Shown piece after piece: positions 13,747 to 26,327 of a stretch of 64,000 nt of DNA (position 1 is its first letter; every line of letters begins with the position of its first letter). The stretch is from Mobula hypostoma (lineage: Eukaryota): positions 66,466,001 to 66,530,000 of the forward strand of contig NC_086097.1 in the NCBI RefSeq assembly GCF_963921235.1, written 5' to 3'. The notes beneath the pieces are model-generated. The model was given only the letters and a program-made list of their open reading frames with translations. It was not told where the DNA came from and ran no database searches. The position numbers and the translations under genes were made by a program.

Positions 13747-14870
13747 AATAAATAAATAAGCAATGGACATTGAGAACATGAGATGAAAAGTCCTTGAAAG
13801 TGAGTCCATTGATTATGGGAACATTTCAATGATAGGACAAATGAAGCTGAGTGAAGTTATTCACTTTGGTTCAAGAGCCTGATGGTTGATGGGTAGTAAC
13901 TGTTCCTGAACTTGGTGGTGTGATTCTTGAGGTTCATGTACCTTCTTCCTGATGGTACCAATGAGAAAAGAGCAGGGCCTCAGTGGCAGGGATTCCTGAA
14001 GATGGATGCTGCTTTCCTGTAACAGTTTGTATTGTACTCAGTGGTGGGGAGGGCGTAACCCATAATGGACTGGGCTGTATCCACTACTTTTTAAAGGATT
14101 TTCCATTCAAGGGCATTGCTGTTTCCATACCAGGCTGTGATGCAGCCAATCAATATACTCTCCACTACACATCTATAGAAGTTTGTCAAAGTTTTAGATG
14201 TCATGCCGAATTTCCGCAAACTCCCAAGGATGTAGAGCCACTGCCATTCTTTCTTGGTAATTGCACATACGTGCTGGGTTTAGGACAGATTATCTAAAAC
14301 AGTGACACCAAGGAACTTAAAGTTGCTGAATTCTCCACCTCTAATTCTCCGATGAGGAATGACTCATGGACCTCTGGTTTCCTTCTCCTAAAGTCAATAA
14401 TTAGCTCCTTGGCCTTGCTGACATTGAGTAAGAGGTTGTTGTTATGGTACCACTTAGTCATATTTTCAACCCCTCCTACGTATATGCTGTTTCATCACCT
14501 CCTTTGATTCAGCCTATGACAGTGGCGTCATTAGCAAACTTGAATATGGCATTGAAGTGAGTAGAGCGAAGGGTAAGCACACAGCCTTGTGGTGCACCTG
14601 TGCTGATGGACAGCGTGGAGGGGTTGTTACTAATCCAAACTGACTGGAGTTTGCAAGTGAAGAAATCGTGGATCCAGTTGCATAAGGAGGTATTGAGGCC
14701 AAGGTTTAGGAACCCATTGATTAGTTCCTGGGGTGGGGTGGGGGGGGGGGAGGTGATGGTATTGAATGCTAAGCTGTAGTCAATAAAGAGCATCCTGATG
14801 TATGCATCTTTGCTATCCAGATGTTCCAGGGTTGAGTGAAGAGCCAATAAGATGGCATCTGCTGTGGACT
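13515..14870 (-). mobile_element. Degenerate Rex1/Babar 3' portion
   Basis: ORF 14509..14847 ([22 protein letters not shown]); family-typical 3' UTR. Confidence 0.8.
13705..13758. repeat. (AAT)n/(AAAT)n microsatellite
   Basis: Directly visible. Confidence 0.9.
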
Positions 14871-15668
14871 ATGTGGACTAATCCCTCAGATTTAGATTTA
14901 AAAATCTAGATATTTCATTGCACAACTGTTTGTCCAGGCTCTAATTGGCTTACTAATTGACAAAATGGCTGACAAAAAGATCGTACATTAAACGCTGAAT
15001 GTATGCACGTACAGTAAATGCCAAAAACAAAATACCATAATGTGCCCATCAAACACTTTACTAATGTAAATAATGATTAAGAGGAATTGCTAAACAAATA
15101 AGTGATCTAAACTTAACTGAATGTGAAGTTGAGAAGAATGGAAGTATTACTACTGCTATTATATTTAAAATGTGCATACCTCTCCAGTGGTAAGACAAAC
15201 CTTCTAACGTGATCCGCCAATTCAATTGTCCACACAAGATCTCATCCTGTTATCACCCTTTATGGGGCTATCACTTATGAAAGGCATTGCTATTTTTATA
15301 TCGGATTTCACTTCTATTCTGGATTGCTGGTGAGTTGTCTGCTTTCTACTAATTCAATATTATCAATGTGCTAGGCTCCACCATTAAGTCAAGGATAGAT
15401 TTCAACACCTTCCAATAGAAATGGACAGAGGAAACCATTCTGTGGAGATTAGAATATATACCAGAGGAAGAATGGTTTGAATGGGGTATTTAACTTCCTT
15501 GTAGATCGTTAGAGAATGTTTAGGATATTTTATTGCAATAATAGACAAAAACATTGATTTGTTTGAGTGCAAACAACAGGAATTCTGCAGATGCTGGAAT
15601 TTCAAGCAACACACATCAAAGTTGCTGGTGAACGCAGCAGGCCAAGCAGCATCTATAGGAAGAGGCGC

Positions 15669-15704
15669 AGTCGACGTTTCAGGCCGAGACCCTTCGTCAG
15701 GACT
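15669..15704 (-). ncRNA. Minimal type I hammerhead ribozyme motif (Penelope pLTR)
   Basis: Reverse complement reads AGTC-CTGACGA-AGGgtctcggCCT-GAAAC-GTC-GACT. Confidence 0.75.
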
Positions 15705-17197
15705 AACTGAAGGAAGAGTGAGTAAGGGATTTGAAAGCTGGAGGGGGAGGGGGAGATGCAAAATGATAGGAGAAGACAGGAGGGGGAGGGATAGAGCCGA
15801 GAGCTGGACAGGTGATAGGCAAAAGGGGATACGAGAGGATCATGGGACAGGAGGTCCGGGAAGAAAGACGGGGGGGGGGTGACCCAGAGGATGGGCAAGA
15901 GGTATATTCAGAGGGACAGAGGGAGAAAAAGGAGAGTGAGAGAAAGAATGTGTGCATAAAAAAGAGTAACAGATGGGGTACGAGGGGGAGGTGGGGCCTA
16001 GCGGAAGTTAGAGAAGTCAATGTTCATGCCATCAGGTTGGAGGCTACCCATACGGAATATAAGGTGTTGTTCCTCCAACCTGAGTGTGGCTTCATCTTTA
16101 CAGTAGAGGAGGCCGTGGATAGACATGTCAGAATGGGAATGGGATGTGGAATTAAAATGTGTTAATGTTTTTTTTAAAGAAAGGGGCTTCCCTTCCTCCA
16201 CTATCAACTCTGCTCTTAAACGCATCTCCCCCATTTCACGTACATCTGCTCTCACTCCATCCTCCCACCACCCCACTAGGAATAGGGTTCCCCTGGTCCT
16301 CACCTACCACCCCACCAGCCTCCGGGTCCAACATATTATTCTCCGTAACTTCCGCCACCTCCAACGGGATCCCACCACTAAGCACATCTTTCCCTCCCCC
16401 CCTCTCTCTGCATTCCGCAGGGATCGCTCCCTACACAACTCCCTTGTCCATTTGTCCCCCCCATCCCTCCCCACTGATCTCCCTCCTGGCACTTATCCGT
16501 GTAAGCGGAACAAGTGCTACACATGCCCTTACACTTCCTCCCTTACCACCATTCAGGGCCCCAAACAGTCCTTCCAGGTGAGGCATCACTTCACCTGTGA
16601 GTCGACTGGGGTGATATACTGCGTCCGGTGCTCCCGATGTGGCCTTTTATATATTGGTGAGACCCGACGCAGACTGGGAGACCGCTTTGCTGAACATCTA
16701 CGCTCTGTCCGCCACAGAAAGCAGGATCTCCCAGTGGCCACACATTTTAATTCCACATCCCATTCCCATTCTGACATGTCTATCCATGGCCTCCTCTACT
16801 GTAAAGATAAAGCCACACTCAGGTTGGAGGAACAACACCTTATATTCTGTATGGGTAGCCTCCAACCTGATGGCATGAACATTGACTTCTCTAACTTCCG
16901 CTAGGCCCCATCTCCCCCTCGTACCCCATCTGTTACTCTTTTTTATGCACACATTCTTTCTCTCACTCTCCTTTTTCTCCCTCTGTCCCTCTGAATATAC
17001 CTCTTGCCCATCCTCTGGGTCACCCCCCCCCCGTCTTTCTTCCCGGACCTCCTGTCCCATGATCCTCTCGTATCCCCTTTTGCCTATCACCTGTCCAGCT
17101 CTCGGCTCTATCCCTCCCCCTCCTGTCTTCTCCTATCATTTTGCATCTCCCCCTCCCCCTCCAGCTTTCAAATCCCTTACTCACTCTTCCTTCAGTT

Positions 17198-17233
17198 AGT
17201 CCTGACGAAGGGTCTCGGCCTGAAACGTCGACT
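17198..17233 (+). ncRNA. Minimal type I hammerhead ribozyme motif (Penelope pLTR)
   Basis: AGTC-CTGACGA-AGGgtctcggCCT-GAAAC-GTC-GACT: CUGANGA and GAAA cores, helix I AGTC/GACT, helix II AGG/CCT, GUC cleavage triplet. Confidence 0.78.
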
Positions 17234-17890
17234 GCGCCTCTTCCTATAGATGCTGCTTGGCCTGCTGCGTTCACCAGCAACTTTGATGTGTGTTATTTGT
17301 TTGAGTGTATGCATTTGAAAAGGCTTAGTGTAGAAAATTTAAATACACTGACAAAAAGTGACAGCACAACAGAAACTATATCCATCCTGAAGGCTTCCAC
17401 AATTACCTTGACCATGCATCATTAAAGTAATCCCCCAGGAAGGGCAGCACTGTCCATTTCACTATTTTAATTTTGTAATTACTTTTGCAGAAATAAAAAA
17501 ACTTAAGTGAGTTATGTTTTGTAACCCCAGAAACCAATTGAAAGAAAAACATGGCAGCCGGGTAACGGTCTACTTAGTTTTTAATTTCCTTTTTTTTAGT
17601 GAGGCACTCACATATGACTTATGCCATTCACACACTTCATGTAGTTGTAGGAGTTCACTCTGGGACTGCAGAAAGTGGTTCTGACAGTTCTGGATGCCTT
17701 TTTTCTCCAACAATTAACTCTGCTCTTCTCAACTGATCGATTTGCCATATCCAGATGACATTAAATGCAATCTCCACTGTGTAGGAGGGTGGTCCAGTTT
17801 TGTCCTTAATCCTTCCAAGTACAGTGAAACCCCATTTTACGTGCCCTGATTTAATGCGAATTCGGATATAACGCGATGAGTCGTTGGACT

Positions 17891-17974
17891 CCATGTCTCT
17901 TTTTTCCGCTAGTCCTGGCGAAGGGTCTCGACCAGATGCTGTCTGGCCTGCTGCGTTCCACCAGCATTTTGTGT
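17891..17974 (+). mobile_element. 84-bp Penelope pLTR 3' fragment with broken hammerhead
   Basis: agtcctggcgaagggtctcgacc..gatgctg.ctggcctgctgcgttccaccagcattttgtgtg; 13-bp TSD gagtc(g/a)ttggact at 17878-17890 and 17975-17987. Confidence 0.75.
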
Positions 17975-18804
17975 GAGTCATTGGACTTTTTTTTTGCTCA
18001 AAATGGAACAAACTGCTAGAAAAAGAAACTCTTTTTCTGTGAAAGATAAGCTTCATGCACTTGACACGATCAAGACTAAAAGTCAAACTCAAGTTGCACG
18101 AGACCTTGGGATACCGGCGGGAATTAATTCGTAGAATTGTAGACGACTCAACAACGCTTGAAGCCTATCTGGAAAGCCTGAACGTGAAGGAAGTTTGCCA
18201 CTTAGGTGGGAAGGCCTGGGCAGCAGTCAGCTTGTCATGTGTAGAGAAATGCTAGGAGAAGAGCCTGGGACCAGCCTTTTCATCACGCTAATCCACCACG
18301 GAAGATGATGATAACGAGCCAGATTTGTACGGCTTCATAGAGGAAGATGTGCGTGAGACAGAGAAGCTGTCTGAATGGAACAAAGAAGAGCTACACCAGT
18401 GGTACTCTGCTGACGACGAATGCCCAACATCTGAGCACCTGACGGACACCGAGATTGTCCGTAACATAACTATAGCACCGGCGGAGGCAAGTGTACCGGT
18501 TCTCGAGCCACAAGAAGATGATAACGAAGAGCCTTCACCCCCACCCCCAAAAGTGTCTGAAGCCGTTGAACACCTCGAGGCTAGCCTCCGTTGGCTGGAG
18601 ACCCAGGAGGTGGACCACATAAAAAACCTCCAACTCAGAAGCATTCTAGATTTTGCTTGCAGCCAGCGACATGCTACATTTAAGCAAGGAACACTTGATC
18701 ACTTTTTAAAGAAATAAACTGTAAATGATGATTGCTAATATTCTTTTTTTTTGTAATTTATTTTTTATTGAAGTTCATCATCAAACAAACATTTCCATAA
18801 GATG

Positions 18805-19448
18805 GTATGCTGGCATTTATAGCGAGAGGATTCGAGTACAGGAGCAGGGAGGTACTACTGCAGTTGTACAAGGCCTTGGTGAGACCACACCTGGGGTATT
18901 GTGTGCAGTTTTGGTCCCCTAATCTGAGGAAAGACATCTTTGCCATAGAGGGAGTACAAAGAAGGTTCACCAGATTGATTCCTGGGATGGCAGGTCTTTC
19001 ATATGAAGAAAGACTGGATGAACTGGGCTTGTACTTGTTGGAATTTAGAAGATTGAGGGGGGATCTGATTGAAACGTATAAGATCCTAAAGGGATTGGAC
19101 AGGCTAGATGCGGGAAGATTGTTCCCGATGTTGGGGAGGTCCAGAACGAGGGGTCACAGTTTGAGGATAGAGGGGAAGCCTTTTAGGACCGAGATTAGGA
19201 AAAACTTCTTCACACAGAGAGTGGTGAATCTGTGGAATTCTCTGCCACAGCAAACTGTTGAGGCCAGTTCATTGGCTATGTTTAAGAGGGAGTTAGATAT
19301 GGCCCTTGTGGCTACAGGAGTCAGGGGGTATGGAGGGAAGGCTGGGTTCTGAGTTGGATGATCAGTCATGATCATAATAAATGGCGGTGCAGGCTCAAAG
19401 GGCCGAATGGCCTACTCCTGCACCTATTTTCTATGTTTCTATGTTTCT
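18805..19448 (+). mobile_element. 5'-truncated CR1 in the L1 3' UTR
   Basis: ORF 18807..19352 is the CR1 ORF2 C-terminus; (TTTCTATG)n tail; 8-bp TSD ataagatg at 18797-18804 and 19449-19456. Confidence 0.92.
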
Positions 19449-20506
19449 ATAAGATGTATTTCAGATACTGTACATATATGTCATATAGTCATATTTGTCA
19501 CAAATCTCCACATAATGTTTATCTGCGGTATACACCCATAGAAAGGAGAGGAAAGAAAGAACAATCAAAAGAAGAAAACTATGCACATAGTAGAAAGTGA
19601 TCCTTTTTTTTTACAACATATTCAATGACATGTGAGAATAAAATCAGGTCTATGAGGTGTTATGTAGTTAAACCATTTTTCCCAGTATGAATCAAATTGT
19701 TCCAACTTATGATTAATGGATGCTGTTATCTTCTCCATTTTGTAAATGTCCATTGTAATTTCCATCCATACATTTAAAGTTGGGCTCTTACCCTCCTGGT
19801 AAGGGTCTTTTTACCAGCCACCAGCAGTAAATTTATTAAATATTTATCTCTTTTCAACCATTCTTGAGGTATATACCCAAAATATATGGTCTTACACTCT
19901 AAGGGTATTTCACATTTAAAGATGTCTTGTAGGGCATTGTGTATCCCACTCCAATAGTCTTTGATAACGGGGCATTCCCAGAAAATATGATAATAGTTTG
20001 CATTTTTATTTCCACAATTTCTCCAGCAAACAGGGAGGTTACTATCATAATGGGATTTCTGAGAGGGTATTATAAAATATCTTATCAAGTTTTTCCACCC
20101 GAACTCCCACCACTTCTGTGAACTGGTACACTTCCATTGATACCTCCATATTATTGTCCATTCTTCCTCAGGTATTATTATCCCTCTTTCCTTCTCCAAT
20201 TTTGTTTTAATGTATGAAGTCAAATGTGTTTTAAGATTTGACAAACCCTTATACATGCTTGAATTTATTCTACTACTGTTGTCTGAATTATATGCTTTTC
20301 TAAATAGCTCTATCAGACATGTACTTGCCTTAGTTGCATTTTTAACCATCCTATTAACATACTATCGCATCTGTAAATATTGATAAAAGTCTTGTTTTTT
20401 TAAAAAGTGTTTCTCTTTGAGCATTTCAAAACTGAACATTGTTCCTTCTTTCATTATATTGCAAATAGCTGTTATTCCTTTAGCTGTCCAGTCCTTAAAT
20501 CTAGCA

Positions 20507-21658
20507 ACACACATCAAAGTTGCTGGTGAACGCAGCAGGCCAGGCAGCATCTCTAGGAGGAGGTACAGTCGATGTTTCAGGCCGAGTCCCTTCGTCAGAA
20601 CTAACTGAAGGACGAGCTAGTAAGAGATTTGAAAGTGGGAGGGGGAGGGGGAGATCCAAAATGATAGGAGAAGACAGGAGGGGGAGGGGATGGAGCCAAG
20701 AGCTGGACAGGTGACTGGCAAAAGGGATACGAGAGGATCATGGGACAGGAGGCTCGGGGAGAAGGAAAAGCGGGGTGGGAGGAAACCCAGAGGATAGGCA
20801 AGAGGTATAGTGAGAGGGACAGAGGGAGAAAAAGGAGAGTGAGAGAAAGAATGTGTGTATATAAATAACGGATAGGGTACAAGGGGGAGGTGGGGCATTA
20901 GCGGAAGTTAGAGAAGTCGATGTTCATGCCATCAGGTTGGAGGCTACCCAGACGGAATATAAGGTGTTGTTCCTCCAACCTGAGTATGGCTTCATCTTTA
21001 CAGTAGAGGAGGCCGTGGATAGACATGTCAGAATGGGAATGGGATGTGGAATTAAAATGTGTGGCCACTGGGAGATCCTGCTTTCTCTGGCGGACAGAGC
21101 GTAGGTGTTCAGCAAAAGGATCTCCCAGTCTACGGTGGGTCTCGCCAATATATAGAAGGCCACATCGGAAGCACAAATCGCTTTATTTTCACCATCCTGG
21201 CAGACCTATTGTCTCAGCTTGCTCCTGCCCCACCGAACTCCTTTCTGCATACCTCGACATGGTTTTATCCCCCCTTGTTCAATCCCTTCCTACCTATGTG
21301 ACACTTCTCACGCTCTTAAACTTTTCGATGATTTTAAGTTCCCTGGCCCCCACCGCTTTATTTTCACCACTGGGCCTCCTGTCCCATGATCCTCTCACAT
21401 CCCTCTTGCCAATCACCTGTCCAGCTCTTGGCTCCATCCCTCCCCCTCCTGTCTTCTCCTATCATTTTGGATCTCCCCCTCCCCCTCCCACTTTCAAATC
21501 TCTTACTGCTCTTCCTTCAGTTAGTCCTGACGAAGGGTCTTGGCCTGAAACGTCGACTGTACCTCCTCCTAGAGATGCTGCCTGGCCTGCTGCGTTCACC
21601 AGCAACTTTGATGTGTGTTTCTTGAATTTCCAGCATCTGCAGAATTCCTTGTGCTTGC
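20507..21658. mobile_element. Penelope-like element 2: inverted structure inserted in L1 ORF2
   Basis: GIY-YIG piece on - (20898..21176); RT piece PGRPIVSACSCPTE on +; 16-bp TSD gtccttaaatctagca at 20491-20506 and 21659-21674. Confidence 0.9.
21523..21558 (+). ncRNA. Minimal hammerhead motif with intact core; a mutated mirror copy lies at 20567-20602 (-)
   Basis: AGTC-CTGACGA-AGGgtcttggCCT-GAAAC-GTC-GACT. Confidence 0.72.
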
Positions 21659-24600
21659 GTCCTTAAATCTAGCATCCTGTTTGTTCAGTATAAAATCCAA
21701 GTCATATGCACACCATTTAAGAATTGCAGTGTCTCTCTCTAGTTTATATTCTTTTATAATAGTTTTCCATATTTTAAGAGTCCATTTCACCCATGGGTTA
21801 TCAATATTATTTATGTAACTTTGTAGGTTGTTATCAGCCAAAATTGCCTGTATGGGGCTGGAAAGTATCCTCTCCTCAATGTTTTTCCATTGAGTGTCAT
21901 ATGATGGATTGCACCAGCATATCACAGCTCTCAACTGTGCTGCAATATAGTAATCTCTAAGAGAAGGCAGGCCCCATCCCCCCTTTTCCTTGGCTAATTG
22001 CAAAGTTTTGAGACGAACTCTAGGCCTTTTACCTTGCCATATATATCTTGATAGCATCTTGTTCCATTCATTGAATTGATTTTGGTTAATCTCTATTGGT
22101 AGGGTCTGAAAGAGATATAATAGTCTGGGCAGTATGTTCATTTTAATAGATTCAATCCTTGAACTGAGACCAAGAAAAGAAATTAGGTTCCATCTTGTTA
22201 TATCTTCCTTAATTTTTTTATATATAGGCTGATAATTGTATTCTGATAATTTTGCCAAATCTTTTGGCATAATGATGCCCAAATATTTGACAGACTCTGT
22301 TTGCCATGCCCAAGGATCTATTTTCAATTTCTCTTGGTGGGCTATAGTTATGTGAAAGTAGTTGGGTTTTACCTATGTTAATCTCGTATCCTGATAATTG
22401 GCCATATTGTTCAAAAGATTGCATCAATTTAGGTAAAGAGTATGTTGGTTGCCCTAGATAGATCAAAATGTCACCCACATAACAGGTCAATTTATGTTCT
22501 GTCCCTTTAATAGTAATTCCCCTGATATCTTCATTTTGTCTGATGTGTTGAGCTAATGGTTCCAGATATAATGCGAAGAGTAGTGGTGACCATGCACAAC
22601 CCTGTCTCGTGCCCCTTTCTAGGGTAAAACTATTAGATAAATATCTATTGATTTTAATCCTAACAGTAGGATTGTCATATAGTACCTGTATAGTTTTAAT
22701 AATTGTGTCATGTAGACCAAATCTATCTAAAACTCTGTAAAGAAAATTCCAATTAACCGATCAAATGCCTTTTCAGCATCCACGCTTATCACTATTGCTT
22801 CAATTTCATTTTTTTTATATGATCCATAATGTGAAGTGTCCTTCGTATATTGTCTTGTGTTTGGTGGTGTTGTATAAAACCTGTCTAATCATTATGTATC
22901 AGTGTGGGTAGAAGCTCTTCTAATCGTTTGTCTATGATGGATGTAAATAATCCATAATCCACCGTAAGTACAGATATTGGTCTTAATGACCCACATTCCA
23001 TTTTATCCTTGCCTTCTTTCGGTACAGCTGAGATTATCGCCTCCTTCCAGCTGGGTGGCATTTGTGCCTTTCTTAGAGCCCAGTTCAGTGTGGGGAGCAA
23101 AACAGGAATGAACTCATTTCTAAATTCCTTATACCACTCTGCCATATATCCATCTGATCCTGGTGACTTGCTTAATTTAAGCCTACTAATTGCAGTTTTT
23201 AGTTCAGCTTCAGTTATGTCAGCAGTCATCGTTTTATTTTGTTCTTTGCTTAAAGTGGGTAACTCTAAAGAATTCAGGAAGGTGTCAGTCTGGGCTATGC
23301 TTCCCCTTGGAGCTTTGGAATATAGAGTTCTGTAAGACATTTCAAAAGCTTCTTGAATTTCACTTAGCTTGTTTTTTTATATCACTTTTGTTCTTAGATC
23401 TCTAATTCTATGAATTGTATTTTCTGCTTTTTTTTTTCAATTTCCATGCCAGTATTTTCATAGATTTAGATCCACTTTCATAGTGTCTCTGTTTCAGAAA
23501 CATTACATTTTTTTAAATTTCTTGTGTAGCCAAACTGTTAATTTCATTCCTAATTTTTAAAATTACCTACAGTGTATCCTGTACCAAACTCAATTTGTTT
23601 TTTTTTTGAGTTCCTTCAGCTAATTTTGTAATTCCTCTAATGTTTTATTCCTTATTTTTTTCTTATATCAAGATATCGCTATAATTTTCCCTCTTAAGAC
23701 AGCCTTCAGAATGGGAGGTGAAACCTCTCCATTATCATTGAATTCTAAGTAAAGACCAAATTCCTTTTTTAATTTGTTCCTTAAAATAGGAATCATTGAG
23801 TAGACTTGAATTTAGTTTCCAAATAGTATTCTTTGGTTGTAGGTCAAAATCAACAGATAAATATATAAATGCATGGTCACTTACATCTATTGTCCCAATT
23901 CCACAGGTGTTTATTTTGTCTTTATCCTTTCCAAATGTTATGAAATAGTCTATTCCTGTATATACGGAATGGGGGCCAGAATAATGAGTGTAATCCCTTC
24001 TATCGGGGAAAAGATCCCTCCATATATCAATTAGACCAACATCCTCAAAAACAGTGTTAACTTTCTTATGTAAGGACTTTGTTTCATACACTTTTCTATT
24101 GGAAGAGTCTAACTTTGGTTGTAATTGTAAATTTAAGTCTCCCCCACATATCAAGAGACCTTCTGTTTCCGTTATTAGTTATTTTCTGGAAGGAACTAAT
24201 ATCACTTCCTGGGGGTGCGTATATATTCAATAAAGTAACTGGATTTCCATCTATATTCCCCCTTACCAGAATATATCTGCCCTCCTTATCTCCCATTTCG
24301 AATACTTTTTCAAAATTTAGCTTGCTTAAGATGAGAATAGCAACTCTTCTTCATTTTTCTGATTTATATGAGGAGAAAAACAAATTAATGAAGCCCATTC
24401 TCTTTAATTTTCCATGCTCATTATCACTTAAGTGAGTTTCCTGTAAATATACTACATGGGCTTGTTCTTTTTTCATTTTTGATAGAATTTTACTTCATTT
24501 GATTGGACTTAACAGCCCATTGATATTAAAAGAAATGAATTTTACTTTGTCCTTAGCCATGTGTATTTGTCTGTTAGTATATCGTTGAAATTTGCAGAAT

Positions 24601-25059
24601 ATAACTTAATCGATCTACTCCCTGAACAAATAAGAACCAAGAAACACGAATAGTTTAAAAAAGGTAAGGAAGGTGTGATTCCAAGGCTGGGGTCTCTAGA
24701 TGACCCTGTGTTGAACTAGAGGAAACGTCTAGCCTTGGGGGATAGCCCCTCCTACCTGTGAGTTAAGGGCCCCTGCTGCAGTACCTATAAAAGTAAGTGT
24801 CATAAAGTGGTGGCTGGGAATGGACCCAAGTGCAAGACCAGACACTGAAGTACTAGGGACAGGACGAGGATACAGGGTGATGGCAAGGACATGACAGGAA
24901 AACCAGGAAGCTGGAACAGGACTGAACAAGAGAGCTAGGAGCCCGGGCTTGGACTCCGAGCCAGAGACTGGACAAGGACCCAGTACCTGGGGCTTGCCTC
25001 TGGCTCAGACCCCAGAACTAGGCAAGGACGAGGCTAGAGTCTTCAGGCTAGAAGCAAGA

Positions 25060-25280
25060 GGCTAGAGACTTGGCTTGGCTTGGCTAGAGGCTAGAGTCTA
25101 CGGGCTCGAGGCGAGGCTTGGCAGGAGAGGAGACTTGAGGCGAGGCTGGAGGCTTGAGACTTGATGCGAGGTGAGGCTGGAGGCTGGAGACTTGAGGCGA
25201 GGCGGGAGACTTGAGGCGGGGCAAGGCGCGAGGCGGGAGACTTGAGGCTTGGCAGGAGGCAGGAGACTTGAGGTGGGGCT
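25060..25280. repeat. G-rich short tandem repeats (gagacttgaggc-like units) inside the LTR
   Basis: Directly visible recurring units. Confidence 0.8.
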
Positions 25281-25318
25281 TGGCTCCTCCTGGGCAGGGT
25301 GCGGATCACCACCCGACA

Positions 25319-26327
25319 GAGAATTGGCCTCCACTGCCTTCTGAGGCAGCGCGTTCCACACCTCCACAACTCTCTGGGAGAAGTTGTTCCTCCTCAACTC
25401 TGTCCTAAATGACCTACCCCTTATTCTTAAACCATACCTTCTGGTACTGGACTCTCCCAGCATCTGGAACATATTTCCTTCCTCTATCATGTCCAATCCC
25501 TTAATAATCTTATATGTCTCAATCAGATCCCCCCTCAATCTCCTTAATTCCAGCGTGTACAAGCCCAGTCTCTCTAACCTTTCTGCGTAAGACAGTTCGG
25601 ACATCCCAGGAATTAACCTAGTGAACCTACGCTGCACCTCCTCCATAGCCAGGATGTCCTTCCTTAACCCTGGAAACCAAAACTGCACACAATAATCCAG
25701 GTGTGGTCTCACCAGGGCCCTGTACAAATGCAAAAGGATTTCCTTGCTCTTGTACTCAATTCTCTTTGTAATAAAGGCCAACATTCCATTAGCCTTCTTC
25801 ACTGCCTGCTGCACTTGCTCATTCACCTTCAGAGACTGATGAACAAGTACTCCTAGATCTCTTTGTATTTCACCCTTACCTAACTCCACAGCATTCAGAT
25901 AATAATCTGCCTTCCTGTTCTTGCTCCCAAAGTGAATAACCTCACACTTATTCACATTAAACACCATCTGCCAAGTTTCTGCCCACTCACCCAGCCTATC
26001 CAAGTCACCTTGAATTCTCCTAATATCCTCATCACATGTCACACTGCCACCCAGCTTAGTATCATCAGCAAACTTGCTGATGTTATTCACAATGTCTTCC
26101 TCTAAATCATTGACTTAAATCGTAAATAGCTGTGGTCCCAATACCGAGCCCTGTGGCACCCCACTAGTCACCACCTGCCATTCCGAGAAACACCCATTCA
26201 CTGCTGCCCTTTGCTTTCTATCTGCCAACCAGTTTTCTATCCATGTCAATATCCTCCCCCCAATGCCATGAGCTCTGATTTTACCCACCAATCTCCTATG
26301 TGGTACCTTATCAAATGCCTTCTGAAA
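25319..26327 (-). mobile_element. CR1 RT fragment lacking both its 5' part and its 3' tail, inside the LTR
   Basis: ORF 25098..26090 (FADDTKLGG...KAVEANSL then non-CR1 sequence); begins at FQKAFDK. Confidence 0.88.

Larger units (their letters stand above)
15570..17294. mobile_element. Penelope-like element 1: palindromic insertion (555-bp inverted arms 15608-16162 and 16740-17294) with GIY-YIG endonuclease region on +
   Basis: ORF 16125..16904: CKRNKCYTC, GVIYCVRCSRCGLLYIGETRRRLGDRFAEH, PVATHFN; 13-bp TSD atttgtttgagtg at 15557-15569 and 17295-17307. Confidence 0.92.

Noticed and set aside
15402..17425. Many overlapping short ORFs on both strands, repeated at 20.4-21.7, 32-33.1 and 37.4-39.9 kb
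   Set aside because: Alternative frames of purine/pyrimidine-skewed Penelope arms duplicated by inversion, not genes.
25060..25280. Short repeats resembling a CRISPR array
   Set aside because: No unique spacers and no cas genes, in a eukaryotic context; simple tandem repeats within an LTR.
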